From assembly GCA_965228685.1 (NCBI GenBank), contig CBDDIA010000001.1, positions 549 to 64,548 of the forward strand: a stretch of DNA of 64,000 bases. Reading direction: 5' to 3'. The notes beneath the pieces are model-generated. The model did no database searches. It saw only the letters and a list, made by a program, of their open reading frames with translations, and was not told where the DNA came from. This document shows, in pieces, positions 29,382-40,681 of this stretch. The position numbers were made by a program, and so were the translations under genes. The first letter of the stretch is position 1, and each line of letters begins with the position of its first letter. The DNA comes from Phycisphaerales bacterium. GTDB taxonomy: Bacteria; Planctomycetota; Phycisphaerae; Phycisphaerales; UBA1924.

Positions 29382-31058
29382 ATGACCACCCGCCGAAACG
29401 CCACGATTTCCTCGACGCTCCGGATGACCCTGCTCGCGGGCGGAGTGAGCTCATTGATGCTGCTCAGCGCCTGCGGCGGTGAGTCTGAATCGCAGGCCGC
29501 CGTGAAAGACGCAGGGCGCTCGTTCACCACGATCGCCTTGGGCGATGCGAACGCGACCCCCACCAAGAGCGCCGAGTTGTACTCCCAAGCGGAACAGTCC
29601 TTGTCGGCGCACGCGGGCGATGAGAACGGGTTCGCCGAAGCCGCCGCCGTCGGGCTGGCGATGGCCAAGCGCGGGCAGGCCGCCCTCGCGGGTCAGGACG
29701 CATCCAAAGCCGAGACCCGCGCACTGCGTCAAGCACGCATCATCCGCGGGATGATCAACGAGTACCTGACCATGTCCGCGATCGCCCAGGCCGCGGGCCA
29801 GTTCGATCCCAGCGCTGAAATCACGGAGATCGAATCCATCATCGTCCTCCGTCGTGACGATATCGGCAAGTACCAGCGCCAGATGGAATCGATCAACGAG
29901 GAGATCGCGGGTCACGAGTCCAAAATCGAAGACCTGCGCAACAAGGCCGCCGAGCAGCGGAACCAAGCTGGCGGGCTCGAGCTGCAGATCCCCCGCGTGA
30001 GCGCAACCGAGGGCGCCAAGATCGCCGAGCAGGTCCGCGAGTTCACGCTCCGCGCCGATCAGTACAACCTCGAAGCGACCCGTCTTGAGGGCATCGTCGC
30101 CCAGCTCCGCCCCGGTGCCAATGAAGTATCACTCAATGTCGAGAAGGCCCGCGCCCAGATCAAGCTCCTGGGCGAGGCGATCGACGAGCTCCGCGAGCGT
30201 GCCGCCCAGAGCCAGAGCGACGCTGCCGAAGCACGCACCAACGCGAACAACGCGCTGACCCGGATCAACAACGCCGTCGCGGAGTACCAGTCCCTCCGTG
30301 ATGACGAGGTCGATGCTGCGAACTCGAACGCCATCTCATTGATCCGTGCCGCGATCCGCGCTTCGGGCGATGCCCGCGACGCGGTGAAAACCGTCGCCAC
30401 GATCAACAAAGCCGACGCCCTCCAGTCTCTCGCCGAGATGCTCATGCGTCAATCCAATGGCGAGCGCGAAGAGGGCATGCTCTACCAGTCACTCCATGAA
30501 GCGAATGTCCCCGGGTCGTGGGAAGGCGCGATGAACGACGCGAACGCCAAGGCGGACGAACTGCTCGCCGAGGCGCAGCAGAGCTACCTCGACGCAGCGA
30601 ACGCGATGCGTTCGGTCCGCGCGACCGGCGATGCGGGCGACAAGCTCAACGCGACCGCCCAGCGCCTCGAAATGCTCGGCGGGCTCGAGCCCGAACCCGA
30701 AGAGACCATGCCCACCGACGAGGACGACTGGTCCGACGAGGATACCGAATCCTTCGACGAGGACATGAGCGACGATTCGGATGAGCTCACCCTCGAAGAG
30801 ATCCTCGAGAACACGCCCGAGGACATGCGTGAGACCGTCCGTACCCAGCTGCAGACCTTCATCGACACCATCGAGGCCACCGACGATGTCGATACGCTCT
30901 GGGAGATGCTCGACCAAATCGACGCCCAGGCGGACGCGATGGCCGAGATGCTCCCGCCGGAGATGGTCACCGACGAACTGCTCGAGCAGATGAACGCGGG
31001 ATTCGATTGGGTCAAGCGCCAGATCGAGATCCGCATCGAGGAAATCGAGAACGGATAA
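29382..31058 (+). CDS. Putative lipoprotein with long coiled-coil region and acidic C-terminal tail
   Basis: ORF 28788..31058. The in-frame ATG 29382 gives MTTRRNATISSTLRMTLLAGGVSSLMLLSAC|GGESES (signal peptide plus lipobox LSAC). Ala/Glu/Gln-rich heptad-like body. The tail is rich in D/E (TDEDDWSDEDTESFDEDMSDDSDE). Confidence 0.55.
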   Translation: MTTRRNATISSTLRMTLLAGGVSSLMLLSACGGESESQAAVKDAGRSFTTIALGDANATPTKSAELYSQAEQSLSAHAGDENGFAEAAAVGLAMAKRGQAALAGQDASKAETRALRQARIIRGMINEYLTMSAIAQAAGQFDPSAEITEIESIIVLRRDDIGKYQRQMESINEEIAGHESKIEDLRNKAAEQRNQAGGLELQIPRVSATEGAKIAEQVREFTLRADQYNLEATRLEGIVAQLRPGANEVSLNVEKARAQIKLLGEAIDELRERAAQSQSDAAEARTNANNALTRINNAVAEYQSLRDDEVDAANSNAISLIRAAIRASGDARDAVKTVATINKADALQSLAEMLMRQSNGEREEGMLYQSLHEANVPGSWEGAMNDANAKADELLAEAQQSYLDAANAMRSVRATGDAGDKLNATAQRLEMLGGLEPEPEETMPTDEDDWSDEDTESFDEDMSDDSDELTLEEILENTPEDMRETVRTQLQTFIDTIEATDDVDTLWEMLDQIDAQADAMAEMLPPEMVTDELLEQMNAGFDWVKRQIEIRIEEIENG

Positions 31059-31085
31059 CCCGCTCGAACTCCACCCAAAACCACG

Positions 31086-31118
31086 CACGCCCGCGACCCG
31101 ATCGTGGGCGTGTTTTTT
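31086..31118 (+). terminator. Rho-independent terminator
   Basis: CACGCCCGCGA-CCCGA-TCGTGGGCGTG (11-bp stem with one G-U pair) followed by TTTTTT. Confidence 0.7.
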
Positions 31119-31138
31119 CATCCGTCCTACACTTCCCT

Positions 31139-32107
31139 ATGAGTTCCACCACTACGAGCGATCTCCCGGGCACCCCCGAGTTGCCCGATGTCCCCCAGCA
31201 CCTCGTCAAGCCCGTCGAGCCCGTCGTCGGGCGCGTGCACGCGTCGCGGTTGTGCACCAAATCGCGCAAGGCCTCCGGGTTCATCCGCCATGTCGAGATC
31301 GATGTCTCGGGGACGGCGCTCGAGAACTCGTGGACCGCGGGTCAATCCTTCGGGGTCGTCCCCGCGGGGCAGACCCCTGAGGGCAAACCCCACAAGCTCC
31401 GCCTCTACTCGATCGCGGCCCCCACCGGCGGCGAGACGGGCGACGGCACCATCATCACCACCACCGTCAAACGCCTGATCGACGAGCACTGGGACTCGCA
31501 CAAGCTCGTTGCGGGCGTCTGCTCGAACTACCTCTGCGATCTCAATGTCGGCGACGAGATCCACCTCACCGGCCCGGTAGGCAAACGATTCTTGCTCCCC
31601 GCCGAGCCCGAAAAACACGATTACATCTTCATCGCGACAGGCACCGGAATCGCGCCGTTCCGAGGCATGATCCTCGACCTGATTAAGCAAGGAATGCCCT
31701 CACGCGTCGCGATGCTCATGGGGACGCCGTACGAGTCCGACCTGCTCTACGACGCGGACCTGCGATCATGGCAAGACCAGTACGAGAACTTCAGTTACCA
31801 CACCGCGATCTCGCGCCACACCACCCCGGATCAGCCCCGCCCGTTGTATGTCCAGGACCGATTGCGTGAGGACGCGGACACCCTCGCCCCGATGCTCGCG
31901 TCCGAGCGGACCCTGATCTACATCTGCGGGCTCGCGGGCATGGAGCTCGGGGTCTTCCAGACCCTCGCCCGGATCCTCCCCCCGGACCAGTTCGCCCAAT
32001 ACCTGACGGTGAGCGACGAACTGCTCACGGATGTGGACAACTGGGAACGATCCATGATCCCCAAGCAGCTCAAAAAGACCAAACGCGTCTTCCTCGAGGT
32101 GTACTGA
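31139..32107 (+). CDS. Plant-type ferredoxin-NADP(+) reductase
   Basis: ATG 31139 (MSSTTTSD...). FAD-binding RLYSIAAP, GVCSNYLC, NADP-binding ATGTGIAPFRG, ICGLAGM, and terminal ...FLEVY (C-terminal aromatic residue). Confidence 0.85.
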   Translation: MSSTTTSDLPGTPELPDVPQHLVKPVEPVVGRVHASRLCTKSRKASGFIRHVEIDVSGTALENSWTAGQSFGVVPAGQTPEGKPHKLRLYSIAAPTGGETGDGTIITTTVKRLIDEHWDSHKLVAGVCSNYLCDLNVGDEIHLTGPVGKRFLLPAEPEKHDYIFIATGTGIAPFRGMILDLIKQGMPSRVAMLMGTPYESDLLYDADLRSWQDQYENFSYHTAISRHTTPDQPRPLYVQDRLREDADTLAPMLASERTLIYICGLAGMELGVFQTLARILPPDQFAQYLTVSDELLTDVDNWERSMIPKQLKKTKRVFLEVY

Positions 32108-32249
32108 TCGTCACACGCCTGTCACACGCGATGAAACCCACGCATCCGCACGAAACGCGATCCGTATGGAGACAGAGACCCCAAAGCCCAGAAACGACCG
32201 GCTTTGGGCGATAAACTCCACCACGCGGGTCCTTGCCCGCAATCCGACC

Positions 32250-33431
32250 ATGACCACGCGCCGCGATCCGATCCGGCGCGATCTGATAGAGGTTTCGATC
32301 GTGATTCACGCACGCAATGCATCCCGTTTCGCCCGTACCGCTCGCCCTCTTCAGATCCTTGCGCTGGCGCTGGGAACGACCCTCGCGATCGCCCAGCCCG
32401 TCACGGATCTCCCGCGTTCGACGATCGAGACGATCTCCGTCAACGGCGGACAGCGCACCCAGATCGAGCAGTTCGTCAACAACTGGCTCCCCCGTCTCAC
32501 ATCTGAGAACGCATCGGACAACAAGCGTGCCCTTGAGGCGCTCACGACCCCGCTCCACGGACGCGGCGTCTCCATCGCCTTCCGTCAGTCCTACTCCCAG
32601 CTCCTCATCCCCACGATCGACGAGCTCATCAACGATCGCGGGATCCAGGGCAAGATCAACGCCCTGCGCATCTCGGGCGATCTTGCGACCCCCGCAGCGA
32701 GCGCCCGGATCCGTCGATTGCTCAACGACGACGACGCGGGCGTGCGCCTGTTCGCCGTCGCGAGCGCCGGACGACTCTTCCAGAGCGCGGGCGTGCACGG
32801 GCCCGCGATTACCGATTCGGACGCATCAGCGCTCATCAACGCGATCCTCGAGAACGCCCGATCCAACACCGATGACGCGGAGTACACCCACGCGTGCGCC
32901 CGTGCATTCGTGGAAGCAACGACCATCCCCACGCGCGACCTGACCGCAACCCGTTCCAACGCGATCATCGCCCTCTCCGATCTCGTCGGCGAGCACCTGA
33001 GCACGCTGGGCGCGGACGAGGACCCAAAGTTCGTCCAGGGGCTCGCGCTCGATGCGTCGAGCGCCACGACCGTCTCGATCTCGGACATTAGCGCGACGAT
33101 CAACGCGGACGCCGCGCGTGCCGCGGTTCGTCTGGGCGCGGATGTCATCGCCCTCCCCCTGCGTCGGGTGATCGCCAAGACCATCGAGCCCCAGGGCGAG
33201 CGGGACCTGACCGTACGGTCCGTGCAGGCGGGCGAGACCCTGCTGTACTTCGCCCGCCGCAAAGGTGCAGAGCTCGGGGGACGCTCGTCGACCGGGATCG
33301 ACACGACGAGCTTTGCCGATCAGCTCAAGTCGGGCAACGATCGCGACTTCCGCAACCAGGCCGCGGCCCTGCTCGCACCGGGCGGGACGATCGATTCGAA
33401 CTACAAGTTCGGTGATCGGTTCCTGAACTGA
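32250..33431 (+). CDS. Hypothetical secreted protein, HEAT/armadillo-like helical repeats
   Basis: ORF 32166..33431 with uncertain start (ATG 32250, MTTRRDP...). Signal-like segment LQILALALGTTLAIAQP. Repetitive Ala/Leu-rich helical composition. No catalytic motif. Confidence 0.4.
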   Translation: MTTRRDPIRRDLIEVSIVIHARNASRFARTARPLQILALALGTTLAIAQPVTDLPRSTIETISVNGGQRTQIEQFVNNWLPRLTSENASDNKRALEALTTPLHGRGVSIAFRQSYSQLLIPTIDELINDRGIQGKINALRISGDLATPAASARIRRLLNDDDAGVRLFAVASAGRLFQSAGVHGPAITDSDASALINAILENARSNTDDAEYTHACARAFVEATTIPTRDLTATRSNAIIALSDLVGEHLSTLGADEDPKFVQGLALDASSATTVSISDISATINADAARAAVRLGADVIALPLRRVIAKTIEPQGERDLTVRSVQAGETLLYFARRKGAELGGRSSTGIDTTSFADQLKSGNDRDFRNQAAALLAPGGTIDSNYKFGDRFLN

Positions 33432-33507
33432 TCACCCCCCACGCTTTCTCATGAATCTTGCCCGCTTGCGTGTCAACCCCGCCCGATCTGTGCGGTAAGG
33501 TGGTGGT

Positions 33508-35435
33508 ATGTACCGACTGCTTGTGCCGATCGTTCTGCTCTTGACCCTGATCGGGATCTCCGTGGTGTCCGACAAGCCGACCCCGCGCGCCGATCTTGTG
33601 TTCATCAACTCCTCGGATGTCAACACGCTCGATCCCCAGCGGATGAGCTGGATGCATGACCTGCGCACCGCGCGCCTGATCTACGAGGGGCTGGTACGCA
33701 ACGATGTCCTGAGTCACGGGTTCGACATCGAGCCCGCCGTCGCAGAGTCCTGGTCGATCTCCGACGACGCCAAGATCTACACCTTCCGGCTCCGAACAGA
33801 CGCGAAGTGGTCCAACGGCGAGCCCGTGACGGCGGAGGACTTCCGGTACTCCTGGCGCCGGGCGATGCTGCCAGATCTGGTCTCCGACTATGTCGCGATG
33901 TTCATGAACATCCGCGGCGCACAGGCGTTCTACGACTGGCGCACCGAGCAGCTCGACGCGTTCACCGATCGTGAGTTCGACTCACCCAGCGCCCGTCAAC
34001 AGGGCGCGTACGCGCTCTGGGACGAGACCAAAGCGAAGTTCGACGAGCTCGTGGGGATGCACGCGCCCGATCCGCACACCCTGATCATCGAGCTCGAGAA
34101 GCCTGTCCCCTACTTCCTGGAGTTGTGCGCGTTCGCGGTGTTCTTCCCGGTGCACGAGCCGCTCGTGGCGCAGTACGAACGCCCCGACCCCGAGTCCGCC
34201 CGTCTAATCCGGCGACCCGGGTGGACCCAGGGCGGGGTCCTCGTCTCCAATGGCCCGTTTACGCTCGAGCGCTGGCGCATGAAGCGCGACATGCGCCTCG
34301 AAAAGAACCCCCACTACTGGGATCGCGACAACATCGCGATCGATTCGGTCGACATCCCCTCCATCAACGACCCCAACGCGGGCGTGCTCGCCTATCAGAC
34401 GGGGGCCGTCGACTGGATCTCCGATGTGACGGCGTCCTATCGCGGTGAAATGGTCGAGCAGAAGCTCCAATACCTCCGCGAGCACCAGGACCAGGTCGAT
34501 CAGCTCCGCGCCCAGGGGCTCGATCAGTTCTCGATCGATCGCATGCTCCCCCCGGACCCGAGGGCGCACACGCACGCCGTCTCGTCGTTCGGGACTTACT
34601 TCTACAACTTCAACTGCAAGCCCTTCCTTCCCGACGGTCAGCCCAACCCGTTTTCTGACGCACGCGTGCGTCGCGCGTTCGCGATGTGCATCGATAAACG
34701 GGCCGTCGCGGATCAGGTCCGGCGCTTGGGCGAGCCTACCGCGCGCACGCTCATCCCCCCGGGATCGATCGGGGGGTACACCTCCCCAACTGGACTGCCA
34801 AACATCGGGGACGCGAGAGACAGCGCCGAGCGCGACGAGATCATCGCCCACGCTCAATCGCTCCTCGCCGATGCGGGGTTCCCCGCGGACTTCGTCGTCA
34901 CGCTCTCGTTCAACAAGGACGCCGGGCACGACCTGATCGCCCAGACGATCGCTAAGAGCTGGCAGAAGCACCTGGGCGTGCAGACCCGACTCGATCAGAA
35001 AGAGATCAAGATCTTCCGGGATGAGCTCAAGGACAAGCAGTACATGACCGCACGCGCCGGGTGGTTCGGGGACTACGGCGACCCGACGACCTTCCTCGAC
35101 ATCAACTACTCCACCGATGGCAACAACGATCGCGCGTACAACAACCCGATCTACGACGACCTGCTCGATCGTGCGAGCGTCGAGTTCGACCCTGAGCAAC
35201 GCATGGCCCTATTGAGCGAAGCCGAGCGGATCCTCGTCGAGGAGGATGTCCCCCTCGTCCCGATCTTTCATTACGCGACGATCTACATGTTCGACCCGCA
35301 CAAGATCACCGGGCTCTCCACGCACCCACGCACCAAGCAGAACGCGTTCCTGATCGATGTGCTCGGCGACGGCAAGGGCCCGGATGTCCCGCGCCCGATG
35401 CATGCATCGAAGACCGAAACGGAGGGCGATGAATC

Positions 35436-35439
<4 letters not shown>
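33508..35439 (+). CDS. ABC transporter substrate-binding protein, family 5 (peptide/nickel, OppA/DppA-like)
   Basis: 643 aa. N-terminal anchor MYRLLVPIVLLLTLIGISVV. LVFINSSDVNTLDPQRM, EPAVAESWSISDD, YYNFNCKPFLPDGQPNPFSDARVRRAFAMCIDK. Typical SBP_bac_5 size and order. Confidence 0.85.
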
Positions 35440-36440
<1,001 letters not shown>

Positions 36441-36447
36441 GTCGGGT

Positions 36448-36990
36448 TCAGAGCGACCAGTAATCGACACACGGCATCGTGGTCAGAAGAATGAAGGCCA
36501 TCTGGTCGAGGATATCGACGACGCCGTCGAAGGTCAGATCCGCGCGTGGGTCCCCCGCAAGGAACAACTCGACGAAGAGAGCGGTATCGTACAGATTGAC
36601 GATGCCGTCGCCGGTGAAATCGCCCAGACACCTCGGCGGGAGCATGTAGATCAAGACCGCACCGTTGTTGCGATCCTGATTCGTCGCGTGCACCGAGACG
36701 GGCTCGTAAGCCTCCAGGGGTGCCCCGTGCAGCATCATCGCGAGGTTGGATTCTGAGCTCGGATCCATTGCATCTTGCATCGGCACGATCCCAAACTCGG
36801 GGATCGATACGAACAACCAGTCCTCGTATCGGATCTCGGGGTCGTCAGGCTGATCGGTATCGGTATCTGGATTGGACCCGTTGTTCTGATCGTTGGTCGT
36901 CGCGTTCGCGCCGATGGTTGAACCCATCAGGCAGACAAGGATCGTCGCTGCCCAACGCGGGCGTGAGACAAGGTCGAGAACTTCACGCAT
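36448..36990 (-). CDS. Secreted protein with C-terminal dockerin/EF-hand-like repeats
   Basis: ATG 36990 (MREVLDLVSRPRWAATILVCLMGSTIGANA signal). The C-terminus has paired Ca-binding-like repeats: GDFTGDGIVNLYDTALFVELF and DLTFDGVVDILDQMAFILL. Confidence 0.55.
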   Translation of the reverse strand: MREVLDLVSRPRWAATILVCLMGSTIGANATTNDQNNGSNPDTDTDQPDDPEIRYEDWLFVSIPEFGIVPMQDAMDPSSESNLAMMLHGAPLEAYEPVSVHATNQDRNNGAVLIYMLPPRCLGDFTGDGIVNLYDTALFVELFLAGDPRADLTFDGVVDILDQMAFILLTTMPCVDYWSL

Positions 36991-37128
36991 GCACACATCT
37001 CCTCGCTCGTCCCAAACAGAGCAGCGGTATGATCGCGCATTCAAGTCTTGGGTCAATGGAAAACCCCGGAAAGCCCGGCATTTTGGGGGATTTGGGCACC
37101 CTCTATTAAGTGGTGTGCCAGATGGGGA

Positions 37129-37587
37129 TTAGTACGCCCGATCGAACACGAACCACGCGCCGGGCTTCACATCACAGACGATAAAATCTGCGCCTGCAAG
37201 CTCTTGCGCCTTCTGTCCGGGTGCGGTGATCTTCAACGCGATCGGCTGACCCGCGTTGATGACGAGCACATTGGAGACCGGGTCCGCACCGATCACGGTG
37301 CCCAGCAAACGCGTCGGACGCCCAATGCAAGGCTCAAAGCGTCGACCACCCGCCTTGGGCGTATCAACGCGACGGGCCTCGACGAACATCCTCCCGAGGA
37401 CGATCTCGCCAACAAGCGCCTTGAGCGGCGACGGATCGCCCTTGATCTCAAGCTCGATCTGGTAATCCGTGTTCGGGAACCCCATGACGACCCGGGCTGG
37501 GTGTCGATCATCCGCATCATGAACCGCGAGGACGGTGCCGCGTGCGAGGGTGGGGTCGAGCTTTGTGGTGGGTGCGGGGTGGAGCAT
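37129..37587 (-). CDS. Hypothetical protein
   Basis: 152-aa ORF, 56 nt downstream of trpG/pabA on the same strand. Balanced composition. I recognise no motif. Confidence 0.45.
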   Translation of the reverse strand: MLHPAPTTKLDPTLARGTVLAVHDADDRHPARVVMGFPNTDYQIELEIKGDPSPLKALVGEIVLGRMFVEARRVDTPKAGGRRFEPCIGRPTRLLGTVIGADPVSNVLVINAGQPIALKITAPGQKAQELAGADFIVCDVKPGAWFVFDRAY

Positions 37588-37643
37588 GCCGCAACTGTAT
37601 CATCCGCGCGGGCGCTTGTCACACGCGAAGAGGTATCCACATC

Positions 37644-38345
37644 TCAGAGCGTGAACTCCGCACTGGGCATCGGGCGGGGCACTTCGCGCCCGCCGGGTCC
37701 CAATCGCAGGAAGTTCCATAACATGATCACCCCTTCTGGGGTCATGAAGCTCTCCGGGTGGAACTGGACCCCCTCGAGTGGTTGTTTGTTTGCATCCGCC
37801 CAGACGCGCCGCAGACCCATGACGACCTCGACCTGCTCGCCCTCGATCTCGTCAAAGCACGAGGCAGTGACCTCCCACCCGTCTTCGCCGGGTTGGAGCA
37901 CCGGGACGGTGTTGCGACGGACAACGAGCGAGTGGTATCGCGCCACGGTGGTCGGCGTCGAGACCCCCTCGAAGATCCCGCGCCCGTCGTGAGCGATCGA
38001 TGAGGTCTTGCCGTGCATCAGGATCGGGTGGCGTTCGACGATCATCCCGTTGATGTCGGCCATGCACTGGTGCCCGAGACAGACCCCCAGGATCGGGACG
38101 CGACCCGCGAAGTAATCGATGATCTGCCCCGAGACCCCGGCCTCTTTGGGCGTGCACGGGCCGGGCGAGATGATGACATGCGACGGGCCCTTCCCGCCAT
38201 CGAGGTGCTCGGCTTCGTCCGGGGTGATCTCATCGTGACGCACCACGACCAGGTCGCGCCCGGGCTCAAGCGTGCGATCGAGCTCGCCCAAGCGTTGGAC
38301 GAGGTTCCAAGTGAACGAGTCGTAGTTATCGATCAGCAGGATCAT
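37644..38345 (-). CDS. Anthranilate/aminodeoxychorismate synthase component II (class I glutamine amidotransferase)
   Basis: 233 aa. MILLIDNYDSFTWNLVQ, PILGVCLGHQC (catalytic Cys), GVQFHPES. TrpG and PabA cannot be told apart from sequence alone. Confidence 0.85.
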   Translation of the reverse strand: MILLIDNYDSFTWNLVQRLGELDRTLEPGRDLVVVRHDEITPDEAEHLDGGKGPSHVIISPGPCTPKEAGVSGQIIDYFAGRVPILGVCLGHQCMADINGMIVERHPILMHGKTSSIAHDGRGIFEGVSTPTTVARYHSLVVRRNTVPVLQPGEDGWEVTASCFDEIEGEQVEVVMGLRRVWADANKQPLEGVQFHPESFMTPEGVIMLWNFLRLGPGGREVPRPMPSAEFTL

Positions 38346-38396
38346 GCGTCAGAACAATAGCCCGCCTCGATCCGTCGCGGACGGGGCACCCCCACT

Positions 38397-39128
38397 ATGA
38401 TCCGGGCGATGAGCGGACTTGGAATCTACGAATCGTTGCACATGCTCCATCGCGCGTATCGGTACAAGAATCGCACCGAACGCGACGAGGTCCGGTTCAT
38501 GCTCGCCCACGACCTAACGGGCAAGCTCGTACTCGATATCGGCGCCAACGCCGGTATCTATTCGTACTGGATGTCCAAGGCCGTGGGCAAGTCGGGGCGT
38601 GTCATCGCGTTCGAGCCCCAGCCGGAGATGATCGACGCGTTGAAGAAGCTCAGGCACTCGTTCCGGTTCTCGCAGCTGGAAATCGCGGAAACCGGGCTGT
38701 CCGATGAACCTGGCGAGGCGGTCCTGCAACGACAGATGTCGCACCTCGGGGGCGCCTCGATCGCGCGCGACATCCCCGGGGCGGATGACTCATTCACGAT
38801 CCCCCTCACCACGCTCGACGCGTATATCGAAGCGCACGCGGATCGCCCGGTTTCGTTCATCAAGTGCGATGTTGAGGGGCACGAGCCGTCGGTGTTCGCG
38901 GGCGGGTGGGAAACCCTTCGCCGAGACATGCCGACGCTGCTCTTTGAGCTCCATGAGAACCAGGTCCGCGATTCGGATCTGTTCGAGAAGCTCCAATCGA
39001 TCGGGTATGGAGTGTACTACCTCCACGACGGCGACAAGCACCCGATCGAGGAGCTGGCTGAGAAGCGTTCACAGATCGACAAGCCGTACCTGAACTACGC
39101 GTGCGTTCCGTTCCGGGATCGCGCATGA
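38397..39128 (+). CDS. FkbM-family SAM-dependent methyltransferase
   Basis: 243 aa. VLDIGANAGIYSYWMSKAVGKSGRVIAFEPQP, FIKCDVEGHE. Confidence 0.75.
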   Translation: MIRAMSGLGIYESLHMLHRAYRYKNRTERDEVRFMLAHDLTGKLVLDIGANAGIYSYWMSKAVGKSGRVIAFEPQPEMIDALKKLRHSFRFSQLEIAETGLSDEPGEAVLQRQMSHLGGASIARDIPGADDSFTIPLTTLDAYIEAHADRPVSFIKCDVEGHEPSVFAGGWETLRRDMPTLLFELHENQVRDSDLFEKLQSIGYGVYYLHDGDKHPIEELAEKRSQIDKPYLNYACVPFRDRA

Positions 39129-39182
39129 AAAAGCGAGCGATGACGCATCATCGCTCGCTTGGAGGTGTTGGTTCTTCGCGGA

Positions 39183-39986
39183 TCACGCTGCCTTGCGCAT
39201 CCAGGTCGTGCCGGCGACGCCGTCCATCGTGACGAGGAACAGGTCCTGGGTGATCGGGTAGGGCAGGCGTGAGAAGTCCTCGCTGACCCGCTTGCGGAGA
39301 CGATCAACAAAGTCCATCGGGTCGCAGCTCATCGCGATGAACATGTCCCGAGCGGGGGTCGCGACGAAGAAGTCGGGCCCGAGCTGGGCAGCGAGTTTGG
39401 TGTGCAGATCGCTCATGAGCAATCGTGCCGCGTCGTACCCGTCCTGCTCGGCGACGATGACCGCGCGTCCGCCCTCGGCGGATTCAATGACCTGCAGCTC
39501 CAGTTCCGGCGCGTACAGATCGAGGTTTTCGCGGGCGATGTCCTCGAGCTCGTCGATGGAGATCCCCCAACGGACCACCTGCTCGGTTGTGATGCTCACA
39601 GTCATGTGAGGCATATCGAGGACAAAGACGATCACCGTGTCGTTGACGAACGGGACATGGGCAACGAGCTCCTCACTCAGGTGCTCGAAGATCGAGACCG
39701 GCTGAATACGGGGCATGATGCGTGCCTTGACCTGATCGAAGGTCTCATCCGCGACTTCCATGGATTCGCCCGCGAAGAGCTGATCAAGGAAGTGCTCGAC
39801 GATATCGGTGCCGCGTTCGGGCTCGTGCGCCACCATGCGGAAGAGGTTCTCAAGATCCAGGCGTCGTCCGTTGACGAGCAGTTCCTGGGCGTTGACGCGA
39901 TCGATCTTGAAGCCCGGCTGCATCCGCTGGATGAGCATGGCGACCTGCTCGGCAAACGCTTCGGGTTCGATGGGCATAGCTCCCAT
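39183..39986 (-). CDS. Hypothetical protein (DUF1444/YtpQ-like by overall pattern)
   Basis: 267-aa ORF with coherent composition. The family assignment is tentative. Confidence 0.4.
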   Translation of the reverse strand: MGAMPIEPEAFAEQVAMLIQRMQPGFKIDRVNAQELLVNGRRLDLENLFRMVAHEPERGTDIVEHFLDQLFAGESMEVADETFDQVKARIMPRIQPVSIFEHLSEELVAHVPFVNDTVIVFVLDMPHMTVSITTEQVVRWGISIDELEDIARENLDLYAPELELQVIESAEGGRAVIVAEQDGYDAARLLMSDLHTKLAAQLGPDFFVATPARDMFIAMSCDPMDFVDRLRKRVSEDFSRLPYPITQDLFLVTMDGVAGTTWMRKAA

Positions 39987-40224
39987 AGGACGATTCCTCC
40001 GTGCCCCCCTTCCGGGGCCGACTGATCACCCCGTCCCACGCGACGGGTGCCCATGCGTCATCGACCCTCAAGGGGGCAGAATCGACCCAGAGGAGGGTGA
40101 TCGCGTGTTCGAGGCGGTTGTGGGCGACCCATGGGGCGGACATGCCGATTAGACCGGTCGATAACCCCCTGACGACGGGGAATCCATGCCCGAAAATCTG
40201 CGCAGATGGGTTCCGGGTCCTGAT

Positions 40225-40253
40225 TTGGCAAATCGACGCGGGGCGGCTAGAAT
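40225..40253 (+). promoter_or_regulatory. Putative sigma-70-type promoter for acpP-fabF
   Basis: TTGGCA (40225-40230), 17-nt spacer, TAGAAT (40248-40253), ~80 nt upstream of acpP. Confidence 0.4.
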
Positions 40254-40333
40254 CGTGGCCTGATATGGGACGGTCTGCCCGGGTGTCTTGGGACACGATG
40301 AGCGACACTCCCTGCTATACCGGAGACGACACT

Positions 40334-40582
40334 GTGACCGAACAGGAAATTGAAGCAAAGGTGATCGAGATCGTTGCGGAACAAATGGGCGCTGATAAGT
40401 CCAAGATCACCCGCGACACCAGCTTTGTCGAAGACCTCAACGCTGACTCGCTCGATACCGTCGAGCTCGTCATGGAGTTTGAGGACGAGTTCGAAACCTC
40501 GATCCCCGACGACCAGGCCGAGAAGATCCAGACCGTCGGACAGGCAGTCGACTTCATCAAGCAGGCAAACGGCGTCGATTGA
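40334..40582 (+). CDS. acpP: Acyl carrier protein
   Basis: (V)[18 protein letters not shown]...[23 protein letters not shown] (DSLD phosphopantetheinylation site). GTG 40334 is preceded by GGAG. The alternative ATG 40298 would add 12 residues. Confidence 0.9.
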   Translation: MTEQEIEAKVIEIVAEQMGADKSKITRDTSFVEDLNADSLDTVELVMEFEDEFETSIPDDQAEKIQTVGQAVDFIKQANGVD

Positions 40583-40681
40583 TCGGCCCGAACCAGAATA
40601 CACGAGCAACCCCATCAGTCAGGCTGGTGGGGTGCTGTGATACATGAGCCCTGCACATATTCAGATCGAGAGCACGACCCC

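Noticed and set aside
37048-37992. 314-aa plus-strand ORF
   Set aside because: It runs antisense across the 152-aa gene and the amidotransferase gene, which has clear GATase motifs.
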